Assembly (NCBI GenBank): GCA_010015585.1
Contig: ML975155.1
DNA length: 64,000 bases
Direction: 5' to 3' (one strand)
Origin: Eremomyces bilateralis CBS 781.70
Taxonomy: Eukaryota
Shown: positions 45,665-60,030 of the stretch, in pieces
Position numbering within the stretch: position 1 is the first letter of the stretch
Layout: each line of letters begins with the position of its first letter
Notes under the pieces: model-generated
What the model saw: only the letters and a program-made list of their open reading frames with translations
Told to the model about the DNA's origin: nothing
Databases searched by the model: none
Program-made: the position numbers and the translations under genes

Positions 45665-48080
45665 TCAGTAATTCTGAGCAGCCACCAAATTGTTCATCCC
45701 TCCCATCGCATGCAGATCGGTCAAACCAGGTGCGATCTCGGACAACGACACGCCCAGGGCGCCCGCCGTCACCCCTGGGCTGACGAAATCGTTCCCAGAA
45801 TCAGGAGACTCGCCCAGTCCAAGGGGATCGTCCGTCTCGTCAAGGTCCTCGTCGCTGAATGGCATCTCGCCGTTCGCATTCGAGTCGTGCGTGCGACGGT
45901 GTCTATCAAATCTCGTTAGTCAGAAACCCATCAACGTAGTTAATGCAAGAAAAAAGAACATACTGCGCCAAGTTATCGCTCCGCGAGAACGCTTTCCCGC
46001 ACAGCCCACACACGTACGGCCGCTCCTGCGTGTGCGTCCGCACGTGCCGCTTCAGGTGCTCCAATCGCTTGAACAGCCGACCGCACGTCGGGATCGGGCA
46101 GCTGTGACTCTTCTGCGGATACGGGCCCAGCTCCATCATCGTGGCGCTGCGAGCGCGTCGGTACACGCCGGGTCCGCCGCCCATGGCCGCGCTCATGCCG
46201 GCGGCGCGAGCGACGGCGGAGTGCGTGAGCTGCGCGGAGGCTTCGCCGTAGGCGTCGGTGGAGCTGCCGAGGCCGTTGGAGAGGTCGTCGGTGGAGAGGA
46301 CGGAGAGGTTGGCGGGGTGGGTGTGGGGATTGTCTTCGATGCGGGAGAGCGGGGTGCTGTGGCGGGACATGTGATCTTGGATTTGCTGTTGCGTTTGGCT
46401 TTGGCTTGGTTGATGCTGTTGTTGTTGCGCCCCCGGTGTCGCTTGTTGCTTTGGTTGTGGTTGTGAGGGCGAGGGATGCGCTGACTCGTCAACCTCCACC
46501 AGTGGGATGGCGGAGCTAGACATGCTGCGGCGGAGGTCGGAAGGGCGGTGGGATTGGTGAGAGGTTGGGCCAGGGGTCGAGCCGGCACCAGATGTAGCGG
46601 CCGACACTGCGGCAGCGATCCCGGATGCGCTCAGGGAGGAGCGTCGACGGCGCTGTTTGTAGGTGGGAGAGCCTTCGATGACGGAGTAGACCGTTGAGGG
46701 AGCATAGGGTCGCGAGCCAACGTTCGAGAAGTGATTTCCAACGAGGTTGGAAGGAGGAATCTGCATGAGCGGGTTGAAGGGAGCGGCCGAAGGACCGAGA
46801 TCGGGAATCGCGGTGTAAAGGCCGGTATCTTCGTTGGCGATATAAGCTGGCTCCGCGCCGAGATTGACAGAGTGCTGCGGTGGTGTCAACGGCTCAAACG
46901 AGATGCCGCGGGTGGAGTAGTCTTCATAATGGGATGAGACGAAGGAAGGGGCGGGCGAGTACTCCATATATGCAGGCATGGAGCTATGACGTTGATGAAC
47001 TTGCGAGAGTGGAATCCCGTTGCGATCGTACTGCACAGGAGCGAACTCACGCTCTCGGGACTTGGCGACCGCACCAGCCATCGCCGAGGGGAGGCTCATT
47101 GCTGGGTAGGCTGCCATGCTTGTCATGGTTGGATCTTCAGTAACGCTATGCGGCATCCCTTGGTGAACCATCGGAGGAGGGGGCATCGAGTCCATGGCTC
47201 GCATCACCGGCGACGTGGATTGCGAGAAATTCTGGACGCTGCTGCTATTATTGTTGTTATTGTTGTTATTGAAGGACGAAGAATTGGTCTGCTGCGCCTT
47301 CGTGAGCTGCTCAAAGAGCGATTGAGACGAGTCAAACTCAAAAGAGAGCGCAGGCTCGCTGACGGCAACCGTCGTTGGCTCTTGGGCCATCTTCTCCCTC
47401 TTCAGGTCCCGTTCCAAGGCATCGAGGAAGAGTCGGTCGTGTGGGACGCTGTACCAGTAGAAAACCTTCTGCTTTTTCTGCGTACGGATGCAATTGTTCT
47501 TGTACAAGAAATCCAGAAACGCGCTCTTGGGTTCTTCGAGGGACGCATCCGTGCCAGACTTAAGGTTCCGAAGATCGGAAAAGATCCCCTCCTCGAACTT
47601 CTTCGAGTTCTTGACAGGTCGGCCGAACGCCTGGAATCGGAACGAGAGACATCGCACGATATCCGTACCCGAGATGTGGAAGAGATTGTTCCTATTGCCA
47701 TTGCCGGTTAGGTTGGGAAGATGGAATGCTTTGGAATCATTTCCTTACCATAACACACAAGATACATATTCACCGGTTGGCAGTAGGAACCGTCGAATGT
47801 ATTGATCTGGACTCCAGTCGACGGGAGCAGATAGAAGGAAGTATTTCACTGAGCAAAAGCCGTCAGCATGAGGCCGTTCGTGGACCGTTGGTGATCGTTG
47901 GGAACGGTATGTTCGCGGCGCAACGTCAGAATCGCACTTACAATTATCGACCTGCTGCAACGCTACAACGGCATCGGGGGGTAGACTCTGCTGCGCATCC
48001 TGATCCAGCAGAAATGTTTCCGGTGCGACAGTCCTGGTCTGTGGAGGAGGCATTGCGCCAGCGTGTGAATTTGAATACAT
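45665..48080 (-). CDS. STE12: STE12-like (SteA) transcription factor: STE homeodomain plus two C2H2 zinc fingers
   Basis: [27 protein letters not shown] and [52 protein letters not shown] and [18 protein letters not shown]; three coding introns. Confidence 0.97.
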
Positions 48081-51000
48081 GATCCGTATCTACCGGCCTG
48101 GGACTCGAGACGACGCACGGCGAGTTAAATGGAGACAGCAGAACGAGAGGATATCGCAGGCGAAGCTGTGTTACAGTTCCAGACGCAGATGACAAAATAG
48201 GCTCAACCCAACGGATGTGACCTTGTGAAGGAAATGGACCGTTTTCGCAGAGAACGGTCCACGAGGAATTACCTGCCGATGGTTTCGGAACGAGAGATGT
48301 TAAGAGTCAGATCTTGCGTCCAGACGGCCAGCAGACAACGAAGGTTCAAACGTAAACGTTTGGAAAGAATCTGAAGGCGAAGCGGTTTCGGTGGAGGCGG
48401 GTAGGTGAGGAGAGGAAATGGGGAAGTAAGAACGGAATGCGATCACGAAACGCAAACGAAGCGAGTCTCGGGGATCCGGCCCTCGATCGAACTCGAAGCA
48501 ATATAGGCGTCGGGGCGGAGATGATGTCGAGGAAAGGCGGTGGTAGTAGATAAGGGATAAAGGTAGCGAAGTGGACGAAGAATGGGTTATGATATGAGAA
48601 GACGACCTTTGGAGTGCGAGAACCAGATGGAACAAGCAGATGGGTTTGAAAAAGATGAAACACAAAGAAGGTATGGAAACTGGCTGGGTAGGGAGGGTTA
48701 TCGGGGTTTCGGAGGAAGAATGAGAGGTTTCTGAGCGAAGCGCGACAAGGATTCAAAGCCGCTTCTGATCCACCCTGCAGAAAAGAGATTTAAAACAGAC
48801 GCTGGCGCTGAGCATCGGGTGGGCAGTTCTCCGCCTATGAGACTAAAAAAGCCTCTTTTGGTGGCCGGCAGGCGCCCGGAGGAGATTAGACTCCTTTAGC
48901 CTTTTCCCCGCGAACGGTATTTCGTGTTCGAAATTCACTCCAACAAGCAATGTGCCCGTCCAGGTGGCGGGAGGAGTGCGGGACCGACTGGCATCTCAGT
49001 GCTCGGACTCCACCATTGTGATTGTGAGCCCACACTTGCCCCAGCACGTCGTCGACTCGTCGGAGATGGAACCAGACACCTCCCAGAATCCCAGAATCCC
49101 TCAATGCACTGCGGCTGGTCTGGTGGGCTCCGGATGGCTGGGACCTCGATGGATAGACCAAAACCCAAACAAGACCAGGGCAAGCGGAGAGTGTGAACTG
49201 TGAAGCGACTTGGCCAGCGCTAGTTGGATAAGATATGTATAATGTAACCTTATTCAAGAGAACGAGGCCCCGAAGAGGGCACAGGGACGAGGCTAAGGGC
49301 AAGGTGCAGAAGCTGCAGATACAGGATATGGATTATGGAGTCGTGCTTAGCATTCTCTGGATCTCCACGGTCTTGGGCTCCAGTCGACAGCAACATTGCG
49401 AAGCATGTAATAGGCGGGAAAAGTCAAAATCAGGGTCGGTTGGTGGAGTGCGAGCATTTGATGCATGTGTGACAATCTGGCAGCCCGGCCGCCAAGTGAC
49501 CATCGCTACGAGGGTTCTTCGGTTTGGAGATTCTGAAACTGGGGAGGAAAGGTATGGGTGGTGGACTGGTGGTGGTGGGGTCGTTTCACATTTTCAACGC
49601 GGCCAGGGATGGATTCGGGGGTTCGGGATGAGAAGCTGTGGGCCTTGGTGATATTAGCCAATTGAACCCTTCTCATCATCGCCGTGAGGCCTTGTTTCGG
49701 CCCTCGTAGCTAATTAACGTCCGCCCAATGGTCGCCCACATCGATGACTCGCTGCTTTTGACCTTCTCCATCCAACCTGTCCTTGGGAGAACTAGGATGA
49801 GATGAGGTTCTTCTGATTTGTATTCCGTACCAAACTATCCCAGGTATACGTACCATGCCTCGCCTAGGGCTCACATGCAGCTCTTCATGCACCGCTGTCT
49901 GCTACGTCTGGGCTTGTCCAAAGAATGGCTGAGGTGAACAGAACGAGGAAATCCGTATTCCCTAATACGTGACATATCGAAAGGTGAGCACAAATCCACA
50001 CTGCGTGTGGCTCCCTGGCAACTGGTTGGCGATCGAGTGTCCGTTCGCTCAACCTATTCTCTATCACCTGCCGCGAAAGACCGGCGACACGCTCACAGGA
50101 ATTTTCGTGAAAGCGTAATTATTCTCACCCAGCTGGACCAAATCAGACATCCTGGCGCCTCGCCCAGTTCACCACCGCTGTCAGATATAATTAGATATCA
50201 TATCCGCCCTGCTCTGAATCGTTGTCTTTCCTTCTGATTTAATGAGAGGTCATGGATGAAGTGGAGATGAGCGAGTGTTGAGACAGAATTTTGGTGGCAG
50301 ATAATTCGTCCACACCATCTGCACCCCGACTGAGGGGTGTGACTGGTTGCATGCCCAGCAAAGGTGACGACTGACGAGAGACAAGAAAGCAGACCCTGTG
50401 GTATGCGTCTGAATTCGGCCTCGGAAATGGGCAGTCTCGCCTTCGCTATCTGTCGTGCTGGAAGACTTCAATTGCTCAAGCTACCATGATCCTCGTATCA
50501 GGCATTCTCAAATTCCCAATACATAAACACCTGCAGGCTCAGCCTCCTTGACTCCTCCTTACTACCCGCCGCCGCGAATCCGCGATGATATACGACCTGT
50601 ATTTTATGATTCATACCAATAGAAGACCTATGATTATAGGAATGGGACAGCAGAGGAATGACTCAGAACAGAAAATAGGAAAGCGGTATATGCAAGCCAT
50701 CCCACACAGGTGGAATGTTCACTTTCTCGCGGCTCATGAAACGAGCGAGCCATGGTTCTGGACTGTTACAAAAGCCGCTCCAGTCTCCACCGCTGTAGCT
50801 CAACCCACCACGATAGCTGATTGGTCCAGCATCTCGTTTCCAATTTTGGGGTTGCTGACAGGTCTTTGGCTCTCACGTCCCATAATGTCGACATCAGGGA
50901 GCCTCATCTACTCCAAGCGCCTGAATGGAGTTCATATTACTCTGGAGCCGCCCGCCGTCCACTTGACTGTGTGTAACGACCTATTTTGGTAGACAGAGAT

Positions 51001-54000
51001 CCCGATGATCGGGACCATCCAATAGCCAACACTTGTTTGATGAGCAGTGTATGTAAGGTACCAGAGGCATATAACCGCCTGGTCCTATTTTCGATGATGG
51101 AGCCGGATTTTTGAGCCGGAATCGCTGTACCGGAGATTTCCTGCTTGATGAATCCAAATGTCCGGTAGGTTTGATGGTCATCATTGATCATGTGCGCTGC
51201 AGGTACTGGGGTAATAACAGCAGTTAATATATGTTGGATGACGGAATGATTCAATTGACGACCTAAAAATGGCTCCTTTTCCCTATCATGTGTGATGAGG
51301 GGCCTAGCCCCCCAGTCAACAACAAGGCAAAATGGTAGAGCAGCCCGATGATCCGATGCTTGACTTTGGAACGAGAGAGCGGGCTGCAGGAGGTTGGGTT
51401 CGACCCGTCATGATGGACACGCGGACCGTTCCTGCACGTTGAACGAGTGTACGTCTGGCTGGAGATTTCTGTCCGATGTGTACGGAATAAGTGGTTGTGT
51501 TTGTCGATAACGTCAGATTCGCGCAACTCTCAACTCCCAAGCCGATCTTGTATTCCTTGTCAAGTTACCATGGCACATCTTGGTTTCTGCAGATGGCGCC
51601 GTGTCTCGGGTCATCTTCCCGGAGACGCCTCGAACAGAAAACTGTCCATAACAAGGAGCCGATCCGGGAGTCGGTTTCTTCGGTTTCTTGGGCACATCTT
51701 GTCACCTGTGGGGATAATAGGCTCATTGTGACGATGTCAACACTGTTCTAAGACTTTCTTGCATAAACGACCCGTCCCCGGAATCACGCTTGACTCTGGT
51801 GGGAAAGCGTTCACCATTGAGAAGGTGGGGAAAGCCCGCTGCTAGGCACGTTTTGACTTTTGAAGTTTAATAGATAAGCTTGTGCTTCACGGCTCGGGCT
51901 CCCAGGTGCATGAGTCGTTGGCTTAGCCTACCGTTATCGGTGTCGAATGCTCCGTATCCATATCCATGGTGTTGACGTTTCCCAAATGTCGTCAAGCGAA
52001 GTTCTCCTAGCTTTAGTCCAGGCGCCGGGTGTTAACCTGGAGAGCGGAACAAGAACGTTTGCGTGTTTGCGTAAAGTTGTGGAGCAATTCATAACCTGGA
52101 GACTGTTTTGACAGGAGAGAAGTACGGAGGTAGTACCAGTAGATGGAGGTTTATTTTGTCAGTGAGGAAGGGAGGCTGGTAGCTTCTGTAGAAGGTGTGT
52201 ACTGATCTCTGGAATGCTGATCACTGTTGGTCAACCAACGACTTACCTTACTCCGGACTTACCAGATCATCAACACCATCGAGACCACATAACACACATA
52301 ACACCAGAGGCTACCGCAGGATATTCTTTTCGATTGCTTGCTCTTCTTATCGAAGGGAAGTAGTTCAAATGCAGCCAAAACCGATCGTAGTCCCCTCGGA
52401 TTTCTTCCGTATTGGTTTTTCCCTCACCGAGGTTGGCGATGCGAGTTTCAACTATTTCTTCAGTTCTAAGTACCCTTAAACTTTCCGGTGGATCTACTTG
52501 CCTCTCTGCTATCGCTCGAAACGAATACAATTAATTTGATAGCCTGGGAGGTTGGGAATTTCTCATTCAGACATGTGAATGATACGATGGCTTGAGTCAA
52601 GCCAAGGTCCACATCAAATAGATACCGGCCACCTCCCTGGGCATAATGTAGTTCTGTTCTTTTCTTTTCTTACTCCAGTTGATGCATCTTCGAATGCTGT
52701 ACTCCACAGTTGCACTTAGAAGGAAGCAAGTGTCGCAGGATACAGGCATAATATGCCAGTTACCCTTGGAGAGTACAAGCTTCGACATCTCCTTCGATTC
52801 CATTTCCATATCTGAGTTCACCGTATGTATCCGTACTACCACCGGACTTTAGGTCAATCAGATGGTTATGTTAGCGCCTCTGTGCTTAACCAGTTCAAGT
52901 TAGCGGTCTCGGCACTACATGTCCACACCTGCAGTTGATCCCCTCTCTGAAACGTGGTCGCAGAACATGAGAAGTTTGAGAACGACTGAACGACGACCCT
53001 GGTTGCATGGCCTGAGCATTGTTGGCGGGGTAATTAGAATTGTCGACAAGATCATGTTGCGTCCGCTTTGAGGAATGGGACAACATATCATCATGGTGAT
53101 AAGACAATTTTATCCACGTTGAACAAACTGTGAAACATCGCTTCACGGGGGAGACTTGACCATATCTTGTTTGTCCATACGGAGTGCATGAGATGGATGC
53201 GGTCTCTCCTGTCTCCTTCATCAGCGATTCCTTGAACTAATCGCGGAGCAGGTACTCCGTACTTTGTCCAAGATCAGGAATCGAAGGATCGTCCAAGTTG
53301 AGGACCAGCCAGGAGCAAATATCAAATCGGTGCCTGACTGTCTGGCTATCTTGGACATCATCGCGATCCCCGGAGCCTGCTAGAAGATTCTACCAGCTCT
53401 AGTTTCACTGATGGTCAGACTTGCACGCAGTTCCATGCCCTGTTGGATGGACCTGCATGGAGCAAGGTTTATTGAGCAACGTCTGCATAATGGACCCTGT
53501 TCCCTCCCCCTTCTGCTTGGGCTGCCCTCTCGCTCGAGTAGTCTGCCATAGGAGAGCGGCTGACATCGGCTTGGGTGCTGGACAACACAGATGTAGTCAT
53601 CAAGTTCTAGGACGATACTGTAATCGGCTTGGCTATTGTAGTTAGGAAATATAAGTCATTTCGGTCTGGTTACACATGATACCTTTTGCCTCACACCTAC
53701 CAAATCCTTATATATCAAGGATAATCAGTTAAACTGTTCGTACAGGACCTCTTAACTCTATTACCCAATATACCTTGTTCGATTTCAATTTCTTCATTGA
53801 CTGATGATCGTATTCCCACTTCCAGCATGCTTACATGAACGGCCATGGGACCTCGACTGAGAAGTCAGCCAACTACGAATCGCAGTATAAAATGTCGCCG
53901 AACGCCTGCCCTGCAAAACTGCGGCTCCGCTAGACGGTGTGAAGCTAATGTGCCTCCCACCAGAGGTATCCCAACCACTGTAAATTGTAGTCGAGGTACC

Positions 54001-56338
54001 GTACCTACTTTGGAATAGAGGCCGTCCTCTCCGCTCCCTCAGCAACTCTGCGGTTAAAATCGAACCCTATTAATCGGACCACATGGCCAAAGCCCTAATA
54101 TCGCAGAGATCCGACACTCCGAATACAATCACCTGGGATCCCGGACTATATGTTCACCTCACTGACGACCATGAAGGGCTGTACCAGTAGTCCAGTACAG
54201 TGCATCCCCGATGGCTGTAGATTAACCCCCACGGGGATCACCATGTCGCCATCAGATGGCAAGGCGGGCCGCGGAACCTAGACTTCTGCGCCGACAGACT
54301 GGAGCCACATGCAAGAAAATCGTCGTGGGGAAAGAAGGCTTACGCGGATGTGTAAGTGTTATTACTGTATTGAGTATTGACTGACCAGCACTGACACTCT
54401 GTGGATGCCAGATAATGTGCAGGAACTTACTGTATCTACAACCCAGGCTCGTGCATAAGCATGTATGGTTTATCTTGTCAAGGAATAGTTCGATCCTGCA
54501 AAGCGCTGTCGAATACGGTGGTGGTGCGCATGGAAGGAATTCAGCGCCGTGCGCCATTAGAATGGAATGCGGTTCCTGAATCGTCCTACACCTCAATTGC
54601 AAATTCATACTGATCCATTGCGACCGATTATTTACTATGGACCAACGAAGATATACTGGATCACCAAAACCCGTTCCTGTTTCACTAGCATATCGAGCCC
54701 TACGAGCTCTGATAACGACGGCTGAGAGTCTCACCGCCATCCTGAGACCAACTCCCTCTGCTTCAGATTCCGTTGATAGATGTTGACCGTCTCAGCTGTG
54801 ATGGCCAATCACTACTTTGGAACGAGTGCTCCGGGGCTTCTAGAACTTTGCCGAACAAGCAGAGAGGTTCTCCAGCCCCGCGATACGCTTTGTGTCGGAG
54901 GATATTGTGTTCCCTCGACTGGTGAGATCTTGATGTCTGCCCATAGGGTGGTCTCTGTAGGTGGATCATGGATTTGTCGAGAAGATAAAGATGAGACAGA
55001 AACATTTGCGATTGGCCATTCGTATGGTTTGTAGTGCTACTGAATGTTGAGTTGCTTGAACCACAGTGCCAGAAACCAATGGCATGTCCAAAGTTGCCAT
55101 GGTACTCGATATCAACACACAATTTGTGCAGACACACAGACAGTGAGAGCTATACGACTGTCGCTCGGAGTGCTGAAGAGGACGGCCTGGACCAAACGGG
55201 CGCTGGACGGGCAAGGTCGATCTCACAGCAGCATCCTCGCTAGGTGTGGGATTTCTGAAGCCTTCCAAGGGTAAGGTTCGCTTGTCTTGCAGCGTTGTTC
55301 GTACGACGGGTATTGCTGACCCGAAGAACACTCGTAGGGCTTCGTTCGCCCATGCCGCGAACGACAAGAATAAACCTTTGGTAGTGTCTTCACGGTTCAA
55401 GGTAGAGTAGCAGCACGGTTCTTTGCGCGGTCTGGTTGCGACTCATCTGATCGGGCCGCAGCGGCGAGGAATTCCAAAAAACACTGATCTGTGTCAGCCG
55501 ACCCACGATCTCCCTGCATGGTTCACAGCGGCGTTTGAGATATATTAGAAACCCCTCGGGCGATACCAACCCCACCACCCACGTCATTGGACTATCCAGA
55601 TCTCAAAAAATCCGGAGGAACCCTATTGGGCGGATACGTGCAGATGGAACTGGGCACTTCCGTGTATGTATCAGAATCGACAGGGTTTTCTGGGTGTATG
55701 CATTAAGTTAGAGTTCTTGGAAGGGTATCCAAGAGTACCACCTAAGTTTCAGGGCAGGCTTTACAGCTCAGGAACTAAAAGGATTGCGGTATTCCAATAT
55801 CTCATGACATGCTTGAAGATCTGGTTTGGACCGACTTCCCTACTTGCGCACTTGAGAGCAGATGCCCAGGATTCTCTTTATTACTGCTCGTATCGATGTC
55901 CCAGGGCCCAGACCGGGTATTGCGATGACGACAAGATCGGCAGTTGCTGAAGGACTTCCAAATTACCATGTCCATATCTGATATCATGGATACCATCCAT
56001 GTGCGGCATAGTTTTGGAAGGCGTGGAATGGTGCAATAGCACTGTGACGGTGAAAGTCTTGCGATGGTTCGGGATCGGGGAAGACCACAGCTTTCTTACT
56101 GTAAGAGCGGATGCTTGATCCTTCATCACATGTGAATCTTCATCTGTGTGGTGTGGGTGCTTGAATCTAGTTCACTGAGGTGCTGATATGCGACCCGATG
56201 TGACTTGGCTGGCCTGGAGGACTCATAGCAACCGCCAAATCGATGAACTTTTCGGGTTAGCAAGATGGAAAATAGGATGGGGTTGGGGAATTCATGGCTT
56301 ACCGATGCATTTTAAGATTATCTGGACGATAGTATCAA

Positions 56339-57669
56339 TCATCCCTTCCCAGAGAGAGCTGCTGCAAGCTCATCTGCTGCGATTTTTGTGCGCCAGTTGA
56401 TGAACTCCGAAGTGAGGATCTCTCCATGGCCTTTGTTTTCGACTTTGAAGACCTCTATGGAAGGAGATTGAGGCCGTCTACAGATCCTCCAGACACCCTC
56501 GCCTCGAATAGTAGACTTCAAGACTAAAGACCACTGTAATTAGCAACGTGCACTCACCGCCAGCACTGCTGTGTGGATAAGGGTAGTACTCACACTCGAG
56601 GAACGCTGCTGTGAAATTGATGCAAATATTGCCATCCCAAGTTCTCTTTCCGACTCTCCTCACATTTCCCGGAATGCTCTGTGTCTCCAACTCCTCAAGA
56701 GACACCAACATGCCGTCCTTGTTTCTAAATCCCACGATGATCTTCGGTACGCCGAGTAAGAAACTCTGCGCCCAAAACTTCAGCAGCTTCCTCTCGAACT
56801 TCACCATGTCTTTGTCCGATGATGGCTGCTCTGCTGTCTTCAACTCCACCCATCGGGTGCCCTGGATACCTTCTTGACCATCCTCCGGCCTCGGGTCCGG
56901 TTTACGATCCCATACAGCGTCCACCTCGCCGCCCAGGACCAGTTTTGCACCTCCGATGCCAGTGGAGACCACCGAACAATACTGGCTCTTATTCTCCACA
57001 ATGTCACTTTCCCGCCCCTCAATCGCGTCTCTACTGACTTTATCCCATACGTCCGGAATCGTTGACAACGTCTCGAACTTGTATCCCCAAAAGGACATCA
57101 TGTCCTGCCTCTCAGAGCTGACTCCACCCCGCTGCCTGGCTTCTCTGTCCTGTTGTATCCGCTGCCCCACTTTATACGCATGGTTCTCCTCGATGAAAAT
57201 CGTGCCTTGGAAGCAGGTCGCGTTCATCTCAAACTCAGAGAACCGGTCAAATGGAGTAGTGAGGATCTTCGTGAGCATCCCGCGCCACGTGAGGATGTCG
57301 CAGTTGGTGCGTGTACGCGTGGACTGCTCATGGAGCATCACCGAGCGCAGGAGGCTCGTGATGTGTTCGTCTGTGCTGTCATCATGCTTTTGGAAGGTAG
57401 AGAAGCCGGCGCAAAGGTCTGAGGGGAGAGAAGGCGGGTAGTAGTACTTCAAAGAGGAGACATCTGGGTGGAAGACGTGCTCGGAGTCGTATGAGAAGTG
57501 GGTGAATTCCTGGATATATATTTAGCAACGGTTTGTACATGTCTGGCGCTGGATTGGAAGGACTACGGACTCGTGGGCGCTTGATTGCTGAACTTCCACC
57601 TGAAAATCTCTCAACTGGACGGATGCCGAAGGTAGCTACCGATTCTTGAGACTGTTTGGGGGAAGCCAT
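56339..57669 (-). CDS. RAI1: Rai1/DXO decapping-exonuclease family protein
   Basis: TWRGMLTKI, GTIFIEE, WGYKFE, LGGEVD, VELKT and KLLKFWAQSFLLGVPKIIVGFR; two introns; stop at 56339. Confidence 0.93.
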
Positions 57670-60030
57670 GGCGACAGTAGAAGTCTTCTACATCTAGACA
57701 TTGTCATTAGCTTCGACTTTGTCTCATCGTAAAGATCAGGAAACAAACATGCGTCTCACGAGTCTATGGCGGGGACCAGCATATACAGTAGAGAGCAAAT
57801 TAAATGCCCCTCTGTTGCGGAAGGTGTAGTCCCAGTGTTCAGGTTCTCGAGTTCTTGTTTGTGGTCGATGAAGCTATCATGAGGTGGTTATCAATCAACG
57901 ATCCCAACATGCTTGGACCCTTGACGATGAGAAGCCCAATCTCAATCGAACTATCCATTTGTCGCATCCAGCATTTACTTTCGATGACTTGAACTCAAGC
58001 AACATGGGGTACTTAGTTGCTATTAACGTCTCTGTAATTTATCAGGAAGGTATCTTCGTTTGGTAGCCTTTCTATTTCAGAATGTGTTAATATAACGACT
58101 TGCGCTTTTTTTTTTAAGATGCTGCTGAGTCCAAAGCATTAACTATCCCCTTGATGTCATGATCCCTATTCTCGAATATTCGGATATCAAGTACAGAGTC
58201 GTTGCGACATATTTCAAAGCCTCTTAATTTATATCTCTAATTACTGCATACGACAATCCTAAGCTTTCAAAGGAAGCGCATATTCTTTTCATCAATGCTA
58301 TCCCAAGTCTTCGATTCAAGTCCTGCCACTCTAGCGTTTGGAAACGCCCTAACAATGGACACCATGCCGGCTCCAATATCCTTCCTCAGCACATTTATCT
58401 TGTTCGCGTCCAAGGAGGAAGCGAAAGGACCCTGTCCATTGTAGCATCTTGCACGCACCTCTGGAAGGGAGTCTTCTATACATGGGAAAATCCAGAGTCG
58501 TGTTGCGGTGGATTGCGGGGAACGAGGGGGGAGGGTATGTGTGAGCCAAGATTGTATCTCTGCAATTAAAAGGCTACGATATCTGAACCGCGGAAGCTGA
58601 ATAGAGACGGCTCGTTCCCTTCTAGATGACTGAATATCCACCACGGATTAACACAGACCCATCCGAATGATAACGGCTGTGGAACGTGAATTCCGTGCGA
58701 GTGCTTGTTAGTCGGAGCATCTGGGACGCATCCTTGGGCAAGTATTCCAGTAGCGATGAGAAACCGGCGGTGCTCTCATATGCATCGAATACGGGCGTGT
58801 CGCATCACAGCCTCGGGCAGCTGCACCAGTCGCGCGGAGCTGGCGTCCGATGCGCGAGAGATGGTTATCGCGTTGGTGGGCATGACGCCGGCTGATGAGG
58901 GGTGGTCGACGATTGTGAATCATAGCCGGACGGCAGAGGAGATTGACACGAAGCGGCTCAGCGGATGATATAGCGAACTTCATCGCTGCGAATTCTATCC
59001 AGCGCGCAACACCATACCTTAGACTCACTTGCAAACCAAAAATAGAAAAGCAAAGACAATAGAACCCGAGGGAATTGATCCTGAAGCCTGAAGGGCAAAC
59101 CAGCGAGGTTACCAGATCCGGTCTGCCAATAACCTCTCTGGGACATCACCAGGCCACTCACTGGTGCTCCATATAGTAGAAATTATCTGACCGGAAACCA
59201 TATGCCCCATTTGACATGATGTCGGCAGGAATTCACCTCCCCGAGTTGGATGTCCGATTGAAGGATTCCTGCAACTACCCGCACCCTTGGATTGGGAAGT
59301 CTTCATAAACTGCTCCATAAAGCGGGAAGATATGCGACTGCCCTGCGCTGGTCGGGTTCACATGGCCACATCCCCAACTCCCCGAGACTACACGCACGCG
59401 GGGTCCGACTCGGCGTTATAAATTGCGTCTGAGGTGTCTGCCCAGACGATGTCTCTCAAACGGAAAATTTCCGTGCTTTCCGGTCCGTGATCGCGCTGTG
59501 GGACTCCGACCTCGCCTCTCTCTCAGCCAGGGGATGCCGTTATGTGTTCTGCTCGGTGCTCGGTGCTCTGTTACGGTGGTTCTTCGAGGGGATCGCCAAG
59601 GCGGTTATCTGTTCGTTAGAAAGGCTATGGGGAGGGATATATGGACCTGAGGCTCTGGATCATCTTCGGTATGGATTGGATCGTTTAGATCATCCTAGCC
59701 CACCGGGACCTGGGGGAGGATCGCATTCGGTTTCGAGATCCTTGGAAACGTTTTCTATGGTATAATTATACGAGGCACCCCTGGCAATAAAAAGGGAGAG
59801 CGTCAGGCTCGGGATCGCTAGGCTTAGCGCATAAATGACTGGAAGGTAATTGGAAACAAGCACACGATGAAAAGGAAAGGTTTGAATAGGGGAATATGAT
59901 TAATGTAATTGCGGTTGGGTATCATTGATATGGCGGTACGCTGACCAGCCATTGAACAAAAAGATTATTGCTGAATCAGACAGGAATGAGACCAGTGCTA
60001 CAAGATCAAAGTGGCCGCGAACCTTTCCGT

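Noticed and set aside
45690..47711. Long plus-strand ORFs (258 aa, 241 aa) opposite STE12, and similar antisense ORFs over other genes
   Set aside because: Shadow ORFs caused by GC-rich codon bias of the real gene on the other strand
48656..53137. TGAAACA pheromone-response-like elements at 48656 and 53131 (STE12 autoregulation)
   Set aside because: Two isolated 7-mers in 8 kb is about chance expectation
58267..59765. Several 60-125 aa ORFs between RAI1 and ERF4
   Set aside because: No motifs, mostly non-ATG starts and no consistent splice pattern
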